Source of the DNA: an archaeon
Lineage (GTDB): Archaea; Aenigmatarchaeota; Aenigmatarchaeia; CG10238-14; SCSR01
Length of the DNA stretch: 30,416 bases
Direction of reading: 5' to 3'
NCBI GenBank assembly: GCA_035289185.1
Contig: DATDXT010000033.1
Span: forward strand, 1 to 30,416
Under the pieces are notes generated by a model. That model was not told the origin of the DNA and made no database searches. It was given only the letters and a program-made list of their open reading frames with translations. This document shows positions 1 through 11,074 of this stretch, piece by piece. Each line of letters opens with the position of its first letter. The first letter of the stretch is position 1. Both the position numbers and the translations under genes were made by a program.

Positions 1-321
1 AGTATCCATTTTCTTGAAATGCATGTCAGATACGTAATCACTTTTATTCGCAATGTTAGCAAAAAAACTCCAAAGATAGTGTCCAAGTTCATGTATTTCT
101 GTATTTAGGAGGATGCCTGTCATATAAATGCCGTAACTAAAGGATTGTATCAGCATCGAAGAACCCAGTTTTGTCTTGTTTATAACATTTCTTGATTTCA
201 GCATTTTAGTAGGCTTGCCTTTCTTTTTAAATCCCTTGCTTTCTATCCTGTCTTTGTCCAAATTTGCATAGAATAAGTCATGTAGCAGAAAATCTAAATC
301 ATCTTTATTAACATTTTCCAT
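1..321 (-). CDS. Partial CDS (N-terminal 107 codons, runs off the window start). HExxH-motif protein, putative zinc metallopeptidase
   Basis: My own translation of the minus strand starts at the ATG at 321..319 and is open to position 1: MENVNKDDLDFLL...NTEIHELGHYLWSFF... It contains a HELGH (HExxH) zinc-binding signature. It is absent from the ORF track because it has no stop codon in the window. Confidence 0.5.
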   Translation of the reverse strand, partial: MENVNKDDLDFLLHDLFYANLDKDRIESKGFKKKGKPTKMLKSRNVINKTKLGSSMLIQSFSYGIYMTGILLNTEIHELGHYLWSFFANIANKSDYVSDMHFKKMDT

Positions 322-392
322 AATTTTCACTTTAATTAACTAATGATTAACAATCTGATAAATAGTTCTGATTTTAGAACAATGTACAAAAC

Positions 393-1379
393 TCACTTCT
401 TTGCAGTTATCTTCTGGGCTATCTGTTCAATCGTTTTTTGCTGGTCATTTGCTTCCATACCCATCCCAAAACCTACCCCTGCAGACAATCCGCCCATAAT
501 GCTTGGGAATGACATAGGCAGTACGACTTTTGAATTTTCCGAGCTGCTGATCTTTTCCAAAGCTTTCATATACAAGTAGGTGAGCGCATTCGGATTCAAT
601 CTTTGTGCGGCATCTCCCAGGACTTCTGTCGTTACTCTGGTTGCTTCGGCCTGGAATCTTGCAGCCAGTGTTTTCTGTTCTTCGGTTATAGGTTCAGATA
701 AAGCATTCAATAAAGTCTCAGGCAAAGTTATCTTCAAAATCTCCACGGCATTTAGTATTATTCCCCACTGTTCAAGCATAGTCAAAGATTTAGTCTTCAT
801 GTTCAAGGTTATCTCTTCCATGTTACTGAAAACTTCTCTCATACCAAATGCACCTACACTGTTCCTTACCAATCCTTGGAAGAAAGTTTTTACCGCGTGA
901 TCTACAGCAGTTACTTGAAGTATGGCTTTCTTAGGATCTGCTATCGCGTAGAAAAATGTAAGATCAAAGCTCAATGGTATATCGTCTCTTGTGATAGCTG
1001 TCGCTCCGTTTATAACTTCTGTCTTAGTCCTCACATCAACTTTCTTGAATTCGTTCTCGAAAAATGGTATGATTACAGACCATCCAGGTCCTGCCACTCT
1101 GTTGAACTTGCCAAACCTGTAAACTATTCCCCTTTCAGTCTGGCCATACATCCTCACGAATATCTTCATGAAAGCATACAGGACTATCGAAACCAGTACT
1201 ATGTAGGGTATATTTGTAACTATAGTCGCTGCAAAAGTAGGATTGAATATGTTTATAAGTACAAGCAATGCGATGAAGCCGAAAATACCAATTGCGAACT
1301 CTTTGGCTGTAACCCTGCTATCCCCCGGGTTGAAGTCTTCTCTGGGAGCACTGACTTCGACCGATATCTCCTCTGCCAT
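393..1379 (-). CDS. SPFH/band-7 (stomatin/prohibitin-like) membrane protein
   Basis: 328 aa with N-terminal hydrophobic helices followed by an SPFH core: GIVYRFGKFNRVAGPGWSVIIPFFE..VDVRT.. The start is the ATG at 1379. Confidence 0.85.
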   Translation of the reverse strand: MAEEISVEVSAPREDFNPGDSRVTAKEFAIGIFGFIALLVLINIFNPTFAATIVTNIPYIVLVSIVLYAFMKIFVRMYGQTERGIVYRFGKFNRVAGPGWSVIIPFFENEFKKVDVRTKTEVINGATAITRDDIPLSFDLTFFYAIADPKKAILQVTAVDHAVKTFFQGLVRNSVGAFGMREVFSNMEEITLNMKTKSLTMLEQWGIILNAVEILKITLPETLLNALSEPITEEQKTLAARFQAEATRVTTEVLGDAAQRLNPNALTYLYMKALEKISSSENSKVVLPMSFPSIMGGLSAGVGFGMGMEANDQQKTIEQIAQKITAKK

Positions 1380-1414
1380 AAATAAAAGACTGTTTTAAAA
1401 CTTTTTAAATTAAA

Positions 1415-2572
1415 CTATCTGGCTGCTACTATCTTGATTACATCACCATTCTTCAGAATATGGTCCTTTCCTACCCTCTTCTTTGTCCTTGCATCTATGG
1501 CTGAAATGAACTTTTCGCCTATACTGGTATGTACTTTGTAGGCCATATCCAAAGCAGTCGAACCGTTCGGCATCAGTAATGCATCCGGTAGCACATTTTT
1601 GTCCTTGTCACAGAGCTTGTTTTCATCTTCCACAGGATAGACCACTATATGGTCAAGCAACTGGAATACAGTCTTGTTCAAACATTCCTGTACTCCTGTA
1701 GAACCGTACATGTCAACCACTTTTTGGATGTGATTTAAGACCGTTTTCTGTCTTTCATCGACGCCATCCTTCAACTGAAAGTGTTTTCCATCATAATCCA
1801 CTAGATTTTTCTCTGCCGCTTTCCTCAATGCAATCTCAGCCTCGGCACTTGTGGGCAATATCAACATTTCTTTAAAAATTCCCATTAGTTTCTCAAAATT
1901 CTTCTGTGCGTTTTCCATATCCATCTTGTTCGCAGCTACGAGCATAGGTTTGGACATCTTCCTTATGATAGTCGCAAATTTCCTCACATCAGAAATACCA
2001 GAATCAGAAAAAGCCCTGTCTATCTGGTCTTTGCTTACATTCAATCCAGTTAATTGTTCATGTAGCATGTTGACGACATTGTCTTTACTTTCCATCTTAG
2101 ATTTAGCACCAATTTTCTTCAGAGCTCTGTCTATTATATCTGAAAACCAAAGATCTATCTCATCCTGCAAAAATCTTATCTCTTCTGAGGGGTCGTGATT
2201 GGTCGTCGGTTTGCCTTCATTGTCAGTCATCCCAGAAGTGTCTATGACTTGAATCAAAACAGATGCTTGCCTTACATCATCCAAAAACTTCGAACCAAGT
2301 CCTTTACCTTCATGCGCTCCTGGCACCAGTCCGGCAATGTCCCACAGTTTTACAGGTATGTAGCGCTTCCCATTCTTACAATAACCATGCTTTGGTTTAC
2401 AGTTTGTATTGAATTCTTTTTCTACACAATCGATTACTACATGTGCCATACCGGTATTTGGTTCTATGGTGGTGAATGGAACCGGCGATACCTTTACATC
2501 TATCATCGTAGCCGCTTTGAAGAAGCTGGACTTTCCACTGTTTGGTTTTCCAACAAGACCTATTTCTATCAT
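1415..2572 (-). CDS. Obg-like GTPase/ATPase of the YchF/Ygr210 type with a C-terminal TGS-like domain
   Basis: 385 aa. G1 motif GKPNSGKSS, G3 DIAGLV, G4 NKMD, and C-terminal GDVIKIV (TGS-like). Confidence 0.85.
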   Translation of the reverse strand: MIEIGLVGKPNSGKSSFFKAATMIDVKVSPVPFTTIEPNTGMAHVVIDCVEKEFNTNCKPKHGYCKNGKRYIPVKLWDIAGLVPGAHEGKGLGSKFLDDVRQASVLIQVIDTSGMTDNEGKPTTNHDPSEEIRFLQDEIDLWFSDIIDRALKKIGAKSKMESKDNVVNMLHEQLTGLNVSKDQIDRAFSDSGISDVRKFATIIRKMSKPMLVAANKMDMENAQKNFEKLMGIFKEMLILPTSAEAEIALRKAAEKNLVDYDGKHFQLKDGVDERQKTVLNHIQKVVDMYGSTGVQECLNKTVFQLLDHIVVYPVEDENKLCDKDKNVLPDALLMPNGSTALDMAYKVHTSIGEKFISAIDARTKKRVGKDHILKNGDVIKIVAAR

Positions 2573-2628
2573 ACTTATAAAACTCTTTAAACTAGCATAA
2601 ATTATTGTTAATTAAGGCGAATTGCCTA

Positions 2629-3369
2629 ATGACAAATCCCATACAACTTAACATTAAAAAAGCATTGGCAGATAGGCTGGCAGAGTATCTTTTTGAAGAG
2701 GTGACGACAAATCCAAATTTCGAAGCATTTAAAATGTATTTTTTGGAAGATATCGATAATTTTTACAAGACTAAATCAAACAAATCTTCAGGTTTGTCAA
2801 TATCGTACCAATTTTTGGACGGCTACGATCAAAATACAGACGACATAAAAAAAGCAGTCGATGTTTTTAAAAACGTCACTTCTTATTTGTCAAGAATGCA
2901 GTATTTTTCCCACGATTCTATAAGAAAATCATACAGAAAACAATTGGAAACTTTCAAGGAGTTCAATATAGGCAAAACTCATATTGATAATTACATAAAA
3001 ATTTACGAACAGATTTTTGATGTTGCTAAGACTAAAGACAGAATCATCGAATTTTTAGTAAAAGAGGCAAATGCCTATGGAAATTGGGAAAAAGTAATAT
3101 TGAAAGAAAATAGATACAGAATAATAAGAAATTTTTTCCCAACAGAAAAAAACTATGTTAAATTCGTCAAAAAAGAAATTGTTGCAAAAGAACAATTGTC
3201 AAAGTGCATAAGAAGTATAATGATGTTCCATGAAAACAACAAGCCATCCGAAAGAACTATCTACAGTTTAATAATTGAAGAAGATATGGCATCCTTGTCC
3301 AAAAAACTTAGGACAGTCCAATTGCAGAGAGAAGTCGCAGAAATTTATGGAAATCTGGTGTCACCATAA
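2629..3369 (+). CDS. Hypothetical protein (orphan, no recognisable motif)
   Basis: The ORF-track ORF 2605..3369 begins at TTG. The first in-frame ATG is at 2629. The gene is visibly more A/T-rich than its flanking genes and is convergent with rpoD, with only 4 nt between the two stops. Confidence 0.55.
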   Translation: MTNPIQLNIKKALADRLAEYLFEEVTTNPNFEAFKMYFLEDIDNFYKTKSNKSSGLSISYQFLDGYDQNTDDIKKAVDVFKNVTSYLSRMQYFSHDSIRKSYRKQLETFKEFNIGKTHIDNYIKIYEQIFDVAKTKDRIIEFLVKEANAYGNWEKVILKENRYRIIRNFFPTEKNYVKFVKKEIVAKEQLSKCIRSIMMFHENNKPSERTIYSLIIEEDMASLSKKLRTVQLQREVAEIYGNLVSP

Positions 3370-3373
3370 CAAT

Positions 3374-4159
3374 TCAAACCTTATTCAAAGATTTAGAGAA
3401 ACCATCTAGCTTCCCATCTATCACATCAAGCGCATCTTTAACAATCTCATGAGATTCAAGACTAGAAGCACTTTCAACATTGAAAATAAAACTCTCATGT
3501 ACAGGCTTCACCTGTATCTTTCCGTCGCTTACATCGACACATTTCATGCAAAGTATACAGTTCAAAGGTCTGTTCACAGCAACCTTGTCGCCTTTCAGAT
3601 CAAATACATTAACAGGACAGCTATCTACATGTTCCTTCTTCCCATGCAGATCCTTATCCACAGTTATTTCGGCTTTATTCCTATATCCAACAACAGCTCC
3701 CTGCCATTTGGCATGCTTCTTTCCTATACCAAGTTTTGCAACTGCAGTAAATTCTATCTCTTCACCTGTGTTGAACATCTCTGTTATCGGTATGTTGTCA
3801 AAAACAGGCTTTACGTCCTTGTCAGTCGTCTTTATGTCTCCAGAATAGACTATGCCAGGACCTTTCTTCTTCAAAATCAATTCCACTTGACAATTGCTGC
3901 ATCCTTTTCCATCACATTTGCATTCCTCAGGAAGATTGTAACTCTTCTCATCGAAAGTAAGAGGTATCTGTCCAAGTCGGTTTGCTATTATGTCATCGTT
4001 CAATGAAGAGCCGTTCTTTTTGAATTCGACTATATCTATTGCCATGGTCTTGACTTCAGAAATCATGATCCTTCTCAAAGCAGAGACCAGCGAGACTGGA
4101 GCATCTTCCACCAAAAAGCTCATGTCTTCCTTGTTTTTATGCAATATTTTCAATTCCAT
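3374..4159 (-). CDS. rpoD: DNA-directed RNA polymerase subunit D (Rpo3) with a Cys-rich Fe-S type domain
   Basis: 261 aa. N-terminus LVSALRRIMISEV, typical of Rpo3/RpoD. Cys clusters CKCDGKGCSNC and SCPVNVF...NCILCMKC. The ATG lies 3 nt after the rpoA'' stop (TGATAAATG). Confidence 0.9.
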   Translation of the reverse strand: MELKILHKNKEDMSFLVEDAPVSLVSALRRIMISEVKTMAIDIVEFKKNGSSLNDDIIANRLGQIPLTFDEKSYNLPEECKCDGKGCSNCQVELILKKKGPGIVYSGDIKTTDKDVKPVFDNIPITEMFNTGEEIEFTAVAKLGIGKKHAKWQGAVVGYRNKAEITVDKDLHGKKEHVDSCPVNVFDLKGDKVAVNRPLNCILCMKCVDVSDGKIQVKPVHESFIFNVESASSLESHEIVKDALDVIDGKLDGFSKSLNKV

Positions 4160-4162
4160 TTA

Positions 4163-5323
4163 TCATTCACCTTTCTTTTTCTTTTCTTTTTTCCTTATCA
4201 AAAGTTCGAACATTCCTGTACCTGCTGGTATGACTTGTCCTATCATTACATTTTCAAATATACCTTTAAGTTCATCCTTCTCATTCCTTACACTTGCCTT
4301 GACCAAATGTTTTATTGTCTCTTCGAAAGCGGCTCTAGCAAGGATAGAACTCTTGCCTCCTGCTACACCATACCTTCCAATAGCTTCCACCTTCCCTGAG
4401 AATGTCATGATGTCTCCCACCAAATTTATATGTCTGACATCTACATCCAATCCCTGTTCGTTCAATGTGTTTGTAGCTTCGTTCAAAACAGAATTCCTCG
4501 CAGCTTCCACACCCAAGACACTTTCAACTTCAAAAATATTGTTAGTAATGGTCCTTGTATCATCCACCTCTTCCAACTTCAGTATCTCTTCAAAGTTAGA
4601 ACCTACAGTATTTATCGTCCATTCTTCACCTTCACGTCTTACTATCGCACTGGTTATGCCTTTTATGCCTTCTACACTTGCGCTCAATATCTTTTCCCTG
4701 ACCTTCTTGATGTCGGTCTCTTCTTCAACTCCAAGCTTGTTCTTTGCAAGATTAGGCTTTATTATAATGTTACCGCTTTTCTCTTTGACATCGAATGCCT
4801 TCAAAATCTCTTTCAACTTCTTTGCAACAGTATCCAACTTCCTTTTTTCAGAAAGTTCCAGTTCAAGATTGTTCTCAGACAAGTTTATCGATATGTTGCT
4901 TATCACGTCTCTGACCCTCTTCTCGACAATCTCTTCAGCTAATCTTGTGGCATCTTCTTTGTTTTCGAATTTCTTTTTCAAGTAAATTGTAGTGAATGGA
5001 GTCTCCGGCTCCCTTTTTGCATCAAAAATTTCTATGAGTCTAGGCAAACCTTGTGTAACTTTTACACCGGCGGATCCTGCAAAGTGGTAAGCACGCATCG
5101 TCATCTGTGTAGAAGGTTCAGATATGCTCTGTGCAGAAATGATACCTATAGCTTCACCTGGTTCGAACCTTCTGATTATATATTCTCTCTTTACATCTTC
5201 AAGCAACTTCCTGCTCTGTTCAGCATCGAGTTTTCTATTCTTGACCACTTTATCAAAATCTTCCATCAGCTTCGGAGGAAGATCCACTTCAATCCAAAAG
5301 TTTTCTTGCGATTCTTTCGACAT
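4163..5323 (-). CDS. rpoA2: DNA-directed RNA polymerase subunit A''
   Basis: 386 aa with [28 protein letters not shown] (trigger-loop region). The ATG at 5323 overlaps the rpoA' end by 35 nt. An alternative GTG at 5287 lies 1 nt after the rpoA' stop and would give MDLPPKL... Confidence 0.92.
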   Translation of the reverse strand: MSKESQENFWIEVDLPPKLMEDFDKVVKNRKLDAEQSRKLLEDVKREYIIRRFEPGEAIGIISAQSISEPSTQMTMRAYHFAGSAGVKVTQGLPRLIEIFDAKREPETPFTTIYLKKKFENKEDATRLAEEIVEKRVRDVISNISINLSENNLELELSEKRKLDTVAKKLKEILKAFDVKEKSGNIIIKPNLAKNKLGVEEETDIKKVREKILSASVEGIKGITSAIVRREGEEWTINTVGSNFEEILKLEEVDDTRTITNNIFEVESVLGVEAARNSVLNEATNTLNEQGLDVDVRHINLVGDIMTFSGKVEAIGRYGVAGGKSSILARAAFEETIKHLVKASVRNEKDELKGIFENVMIGQVIPAGTGMFELLIRKKEKKKKGE

Positions 5324-7787
5324 CTACTCCACCTCTTTCTACTTTGGACGGATCTATCCCATCTCCGCCTGGGAAAAATTGCACTATGTTGTTTGAACTA
5401 TCCCTTACTGTACCATCGTATTCTACTTTCAAATCCTGCAATGCGCCTACAAGCCTTCTTTCCATGTAACCGGAATGTCTTGTCTTGAGAGACTTGTCCA
5501 TCAAGGATTCTCTTGAGTTGATTGCATCAAAAAAGAACTCGAAAGGCATAAGCCCATTCACGAAACCTCTTCCTACAAAACCACCTGTCTCCAAAGTCAC
5601 ATCTCCTTTTCTGAAATGAGGAAATACTCTTTGATAGTATCCTTTTTCTATCCTTTCGCCCATTATCATTTCCTGTCCGACCATTGCTGCAGTCTGTACT
5701 ATGTTGACTACATCTCCTCTTGCACCGCTTACAGCCATCTGCAACGTAGGATTGTCTTTCATATGTTTGGTGATGACGTCTCCAACCTCATTCAATGCTT
5801 TGTTGGCTCTTCTCTTGATCAATGTCTCTACACTTTCTTTCGGTGTCCTTCCCACCAAAATTTTCAATTCATTCTTCTTGTATTGCCTTAGCAAATCATC
5901 AGTCTCTGATTTAACCTGTACCAAGATATCTCTTACTTTTCTTTCTCCGCTCTCATCCAATGACTGATCTGATATGCTTATTGAAAATCCATGTTTCATC
6001 AAGAAGCTGAGAGAAAGCTTTGAAAGCTTGTTCAAAAATTCTATGACATATGCACTGCCGAACTGGTCGCCCATCTTGCTCAATATCTTTCCACTCTCTG
6101 CACCAACTGCGGCTTTATCAATATATCCTTCCTTTAACATACCATCTTCTATTACAACTTTTTCACCGGACTTGGCTCTGAATTCTATGAACAGTCCTTT
6201 AGGCAGGAAAAGACTCAATATCTCCTTTCCATTCATTTTGTTCTTGTCAGGTATCTCTATGTTCTGGTCAGCCGATCTTATCAGCTGTATGAAATCCTTC
6301 CTTTCCAATTCAGGATTGTACTTGGTCAAAAGATAAAGACCAGTTACATAATCTTGTCTCAATCCAATAATAGGACCGGAAAATCTGGGACTTCTCAAAT
6401 TCTTTTCTACAGACATCAAGTTCTCAGCTTCGACAATCGCTTCCTCTAATTGTGGTATATGCAAGTTCATCTCATCCCCGTCGAAATCTGCGTTATAAGG
6501 AACAGTGACTATAGGGTTCAATCTCAATGTCCTGTGGTCCAAAACCTTTACTCTGTGTGCCATTATACTCATCCTGTGCAATGATGGTTGGCGATTGAAG
6601 AAAGATATATCTCCATTGATCAAATGCCTTTCAACAATATATCCGGGAGATAATTCTTTTGTCAATTCCTTACCATTTTCAGCAGTTACCTTTTTCTTCC
6701 TAGCATCAGGTCTTATGATGTAGTTTGCACCAGGCCATACTTCAGGTCCACGCTCTACAAACTTCTTCACAGTTTCCAGATTTTCTGATGTTATCCTGAT
6801 AGGAACAGTCAATTCTTTTGCTATGACCATAGGCACTCCTACTTCATCTATGTCTATGAATGGGTCTGGACTGATTACACTTCTTGCACAAAAATTCACG
6901 CGCTTGCCAGCAAGGTTTCCCCTGAACCTGCCTTCCTTCGTCTTCAATCTCTGCGATAATGTTTTCAATATTCTTCTTGATCTGTGTCTTGCAGGAGGCA
7001 CGCCTGTAAGTTCATTGTCGAAATAAGTAGAAACGTGATATTGTACAAGCTCCCATAGGTCAACAAGTATGAAATCCGGCGCTCCCAATTCTATGTTCTC
7101 CCTCAACCTCTCATTTATTCTTACAATGTCTACAAGCTTGTGAGTCAAATCATCTTCAGACCTTTCTCCTGTCTCCAAAGTAATCGACGGTCTGACAGAA
7201 ACTGGAGGCACAGGGAACAATGTCAGGACAAGCCATTCTGGCCTGAAGTTCCTGAATCCCATTAATTTGAAATCTGCATCTGTGACCTTCTCCAACTTTT
7301 CCCTTATCTGCACAGCGCTCAATATCTCGCTGCCGTCTGCTATGCTGTAAGGCTTTATGAACTTCAACTTCCCTTGTTCGGCCTTGCAGTAGGGGCATTT
7401 CTTTTTGACAGCTTTTATCAGATCCTTCAAGCTGGTCTTCTTTTCTTTTGCCTTGTCCAATTCTTTTTCATCTATCATTATCCTGCTGCACTTTTTGCAT
7501 GTGACTTTCAAGATAGAGAAAATAATCTTTGCATAAAGAACATGTATGATAGGTTTTGTCAATTCTATATATCCAAAGTGTCCGTTGCAGTCACCGATAG
7601 TTCCACCACAAGTCCTGCATCTTATTCCAGGATCGACGACTCCCATTCTTGGATCCATTATGCCACCTTCTATAGGATAGCCTTCCTCATCATAAAGATC
7701 AGTCTTAGTAATCTTTGCCGCAGCCATCTTCTTTACCATTTCTGGATTTACTATTGTGAATTCTATCGAGTTAACTAGCATAATCAT
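5289..7787 (-). CDS. rpoA1: DNA-directed RNA polymerase subunit A'
   Basis: Contains the catalytic [10 protein letters not shown] motif and N-terminal zinc-finger cysteines (CRTCGG..C..H, CKKCSR). The ORF track starts at 7829. I prefer the ATG at 7787, which shares its A with the rpoB' TGA stop (TGATG). Confidence 0.93.
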   Translation of the reverse strand: MIMLVNSIEFTIVNPEMVKKMAAAKITKTDLYDEEGYPIEGGIMDPRMGVVDPGIRCRTCGGTIGDCNGHFGYIELTKPIIHVLYAKIIFSILKVTCKKCSRIMIDEKELDKAKEKKTSLKDLIKAVKKKCPYCKAEQGKLKFIKPYSIADGSEILSAVQIREKLEKVTDADFKLMGFRNFRPEWLVLTLFPVPPVSVRPSITLETGERSEDDLTHKLVDIVRINERLRENIELGAPDFILVDLWELVQYHVSTYFDNELTGVPPARHRSRRILKTLSQRLKTKEGRFRGNLAGKRVNFCARSVISPDPFIDIDEVGVPMVIAKELTVPIRITSENLETVKKFVERGPEVWPGANYIIRPDARKKKVTAENGKELTKELSPGYIVERHLINGDISFFNRQPSLHRMSIMAHRVKVLDHRTLRLNPIVTVPYNADFDGDEMNLHIPQLEEAIVEAENLMSVEKNLRSPRFSGPIIGLRQDYVTGLYLLTKYNPELERKDFIQLIRSADQNIEIPDKNKMNGKEILSLFLPKGLFIEFRAKSGEKVVIEDGMLKEGYIDKAAVGAESGKILSKMGDQFGSAYVIEFLNKLSKLSLSFLMKHGFSISISDQSLDESGERKVRDILVQVKSETDDLLRQYKKNELKILVGRTPKESVETLIKRRANKALNEVGDVITKHMKDNPTLQMAVSGARGDVVNIVQTAAMVGQEMIMGERIEKGYYQRVFPHFRKGDVTLETGGFVGRGFVNGLMPFEFFFDAINSRESLMDKSLKTRHSGYMERRLVGALQDLKVEYDGTVRDSSNNIVQFFPGGDGIDPSKVERGGVDVERIARKLLD

Positions 7788-9583
7788 CAAGTCTCCTTCA
7801 GATTTATCTTTGGATAGATAAGCATGCATTTCAATTCATCCAACATAAGTTTGAATGCATAGCTCATTTCCACCTCGACAACATTAGATTCATTGCACAC
7901 AACACAATACTTCTTGTTCTTGATCTTGTCTTCTATAGCTACAAGGCCACATGTCATGCAGACAGGAATCACTGCCTTGTCAGAATCAAATCTTTCCTTT
8001 AAAGCAAGAGCTGCACCGTGCGCTATCAAACAGTCCTTTTCCATTTCACCCAATCTCAATCCACCTTCCTTGCTCCTTCCTTCTGTAGGCTGTTTAGTGA
8101 GAAGTGTGACTGGTCCTCTTGATCTTGCATGTATCTTGTTTGAAACAAGGTGGTCCAATTTCTGGTAGAAGCAGTTTCCTATAAACATCAAAACGTTGAA
8201 ACCTTCTCCAGTCCTTCCGTTGTACATCATCTCCATTCCATCGCTTCTGTATCCATAGCTTGTTAGCATACTCTCAAGTTGCTTCTTGTCTGGTGAATTG
8301 AATGCTGGTGCATAAACATAATTTCCACTCAATGCCGCAACTTTTCCGGCAATTATCTCTAGCATCTTACCCATGGTCATTCTTGAAGGAATTCCGTGCG
8401 GGTTGAAGATTATGTCGGGTACAATTCCGTCTGAAGTAAACGGCATATCTTCCTGTGGTACAATCGCTGCTACCACACCTTTCTGTCCGTGGCGTGAAGC
8501 AAACTTGTCTCCGACTTCAGGCCTTTTGCTGTCTCTTACAACCGTTTTTATCAACATCGTCCCGTTTGAAGTCTCTGTTATAAAGACTCTATCTACAGTT
8601 CCTAAATCTCCATGCCTCAAAGTTACTGAAGTTTCTCTTATATTTTCAATTCCTGCGACGAACTGGTCTGCTGTCCCCAAGAATCTCAAAGGAGAAGTCC
8701 TTCCAATAATTACATCATCTCCTTGCACAACAGTTTCTGGATTCACAATACCGTCTTCTGGCAGATGTTTATAGGCATCCTCGCCAAGATACCCTTTCAC
8801 CCCAGCCTGAGGTATTCCTATCACATCTTCCTGTCCGCCCATGTATCTTTTCTTCTCAGATTCATAAGTCCTGTACATGAAAGACCATAGCAATCCACGC
8901 TCGACAGAACTCTTGTTGATTATTATTGCATCATCCATGTTGTACCCGTCAAAGCACGCTATTGCAATGACTATGTTGGTTCCGTTTGGATGGCTGGAAT
9001 AGTTGATAGGTTTGTGTATGAACGTCTGCACAAGAGGTGTCTGAGGATAAACCATAAGATTGGATTTAGTATCCACCCTGTTCAGGAAATTCGTTGAAAA
9101 AAGACCTATGCTCTGCTCTACCATTTTAGCGCCGAAGTTGACTCTGTCACCACGGTTGAATTCTGGAAAAGGTATAGTAGAAGCTGATAGACCTAAAATA
9201 ACTGATGGGTCAAGCTCAAGATGAGTATGATCCTTGTTAAGGTCGGCTTCTCTCAATGCGATATAAGTTCCTTCCTCCTCTTCAGAATCCAAATATTCTA
9301 TTACGCCATGCTTGACAAGTCCGTTCCAGTCGAGCTCTCCTTTCTTGACTTTTTCCAAAATCTCTTTGGTCAAAGTAGACTTACCATCATGTATAACAAT
9401 CAGTGGCCTTCTTACTCTTCCTCCTTCTGTCAAAATCTTGACTTCTTTCATATGTTCTAGATAAACGACATTTACTTGTTCAGACAATTTTCCATGTCTT
9501 CTAGCTTCCAATACATTGGCTACCAATTTCTTCGGATCGTTGGTCATCCCGACATATTTTCCATCTAAGAATATTTCTGCCAT
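7787..9583 (-). CDS. rpoB1: DNA-directed RNA polymerase subunit B' (C-terminal part of split B)
   Basis: 598 aa with FASRHGQKGVV and a C-terminal zinc ribbon CMTCG...CVVCNE. GGAGGG sits upstream of the ATG at 9583. Confidence 0.95.
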   Translation of the reverse strand: MAEIFLDGKYVGMTNDPKKLVANVLEARRHGKLSEQVNVVYLEHMKEVKILTEGGRVRRPLIVIHDGKSTLTKEILEKVKKGELDWNGLVKHGVIEYLDSEEEEGTYIALREADLNKDHTHLELDPSVILGLSASTIPFPEFNRGDRVNFGAKMVEQSIGLFSTNFLNRVDTKSNLMVYPQTPLVQTFIHKPINYSSHPNGTNIVIAIACFDGYNMDDAIIINKSSVERGLLWSFMYRTYESEKKRYMGGQEDVIGIPQAGVKGYLGEDAYKHLPEDGIVNPETVVQGDDVIIGRTSPLRFLGTADQFVAGIENIRETSVTLRHGDLGTVDRVFITETSNGTMLIKTVVRDSKRPEVGDKFASRHGQKGVVAAIVPQEDMPFTSDGIVPDIIFNPHGIPSRMTMGKMLEIIAGKVAALSGNYVYAPAFNSPDKKQLESMLTSYGYRSDGMEMMYNGRTGEGFNVLMFIGNCFYQKLDHLVSNKIHARSRGPVTLLTKQPTEGRSKEGGLRLGEMEKDCLIAHGAALALKERFDSDKAVIPVCMTCGLVAIEDKIKNKKYCVVCNESNVVEVEMSYAFKLMLDELKCMLIYPKINLKET

Positions 9584-11070
9584 TCTACTCCCTCCGTTTT
9601 CTTTATAACATTCTCCAAGTTAACAGTCACATCTTCACTTGTCCCTTTTGTGACCTCTGCTAAAATTGCCAAATATTTCCTCAGACCGATTGTCGCCCCT
9701 TCTGGTGTCTGGCTTGTACAGACTTTTCCCCAATGTGTAGGATGCAATTCTCTAGCCTCAAAATGTTCCTGTGTAGATGTAAGAGGAGAAAGTATGTTCC
9801 TCATGTGCGACAGTGTCTTTATGTAGCTTCCCCTATCCACACGCTGGCACACTCCTGTCCTTCCACCCACCCAGCTTCCTATAGCCATGGATGATACTAT
9901 CTGGTTTGTCAAAACGTTAGACTCAACAATAGCCTGCAGTGGTGGCATCCTTCCTCTCTTGGTAAGCTTCCTGTAGTTGTAGGAAACACGTGTCACGAGA
10001 CCCCACTTACCCAAGATTATAGACCTTAGCAAAATCTCCATCAAGTCCCCGGCCAATCTCAATCTCTTGTTTGAATAGTGGTCCAAGTCATCTTCTTCCA
10101 CTTTATCCAGATGCAGTTTTATCAGTTTCCCTATGGCTTTTGATAAGAACAATGCCTTCTTCAACCTGTCTTCTGGATTCTGGCCTAAATGTGGCAATAG
10201 ATATTTGTCCACAAGCTTTGTAGCCCTTTCTATCCTGTACTGCGGCTGTGGTATCTTCAAGTATTTTCCAATCTCTTCCAATCCTTCAGCTACATTTGCA
10301 GCCGTTGTTTCAAGAAGGTTTACATAGAACTCTTCTTGTACTTCAGGATCGTCTGAGACAGCTGTTACAATTTCCTTGTCGTTAGTCAAACCTAAAGCTT
10401 TCAACAAATAGACAACTGGCAATCTTGTTATGTTGGCGAAACTTATTGTCACCATACCGTCTATCTTCCTTTCCATCAAATGCCTTTGGACATACCCCTC
10501 TTTCTCAGAGTGTATCCTTGCTAGTTCTTCAATACTGCCACTAGAAACTTTTGCAGTTATTATCCTGTTGGGTGCTATCTCTTCCACAAGTACCAGCAAT
10601 CTTTCTGTTCCGTTTATGATGAAGTAGCCTCCTGGATCGTCTGGGTCTTCACCGACTTGTATAAGTTCATTCCTGTTCATTGGAGCAAGCGGACATAATT
10701 TGGACTTCAACATTATAGGTAGGTCACCGAAATTTATGTTCTTCGGTTCGCTTTGGATATTGTTCAAGACAGAAGTCATCTCCACGTACATCGGAGAAGC
10801 GTAAGTTATGTCTCTTATCCTTGTTTCAAGTGGAAGCACTGGTCTCAGAGAACCGTCTGCCTCTTTTGCCATCGGTCTTTCTATAGAAAACTTCCCAAGT
10901 TTTATCTTCAGATTTCCAAGTTCTGGTACGTCAGGTTTTATCGTCCCTATCTCTTCCAGAATCTTTGGTATCTTCCTGTCCAGAAAATCGTTGAAAGAAT
11001 CAACTTGGAATTTTACAAGGCCTCTCTCTTTGATGAAAGCATTCAACAATGAAACATAGGCCTCGTTCAT
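9565..11070 (-). CDS. rpoB2: DNA-directed RNA polymerase subunit B'' (N-terminal part of split B)
   Basis: 501 aa with GGYFIINGTERLLV. Overlaps the rpoB' start by 19 nt. The ATG is 4 nt after the rpoH stop. Confidence 0.95.
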   Translation of the reverse strand: MNEAYVSLLNAFIKERGLVKFQVDSFNDFLDRKIPKILEEIGTIKPDVPELGNLKIKLGKFSIERPMAKEADGSLRPVLPLETRIRDITYASPMYVEMTSVLNNIQSEPKNINFGDLPIMLKSKLCPLAPMNRNELIQVGEDPDDPGGYFIINGTERLLVLVEEIAPNRIITAKVSSGSIEELARIHSEKEGYVQRHLMERKIDGMVTISFANITRLPVVYLLKALGLTNDKEIVTAVSDDPEVQEEFYVNLLETTAANVAEGLEEIGKYLKIPQPQYRIERATKLVDKYLLPHLGQNPEDRLKKALFLSKAIGKLIKLHLDKVEEDDLDHYSNKRLRLAGDLMEILLRSIILGKWGLVTRVSYNYRKLTKRGRMPPLQAIVESNVLTNQIVSSMAIGSWVGGRTGVCQRVDRGSYIKTLSHMRNILSPLTSTQEHFEARELHPTHWGKVCTSQTPEGATIGLRKYLAILAEVTKGTSEDVTVNLENVIKKTEGVEWQKYS

Positions 11071-11074
11071 TGTC

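Noticed and set aside
3990-4985. 331-aa plus-strand ORF
   Set aside because: It is entirely antisense to rpoA'' and the rpoD start. The translation is low-complexity (S/F/L-rich) and typical of the reverse frame of a real gene. The minus-strand gene has unambiguous RNA polymerase motifs.
7788-7829. N-terminal extensions implied by the ORF track (rpoA' at 7829, srp54 at 19466, cca at 28774, trmY at 22988, serine hydrolase at 22967)
   Set aside because: The extended starts are TTG codons, overlap the upstream gene, or lie inside a TATA box. In each case the homologous N-terminus begins at a downstream ATG.
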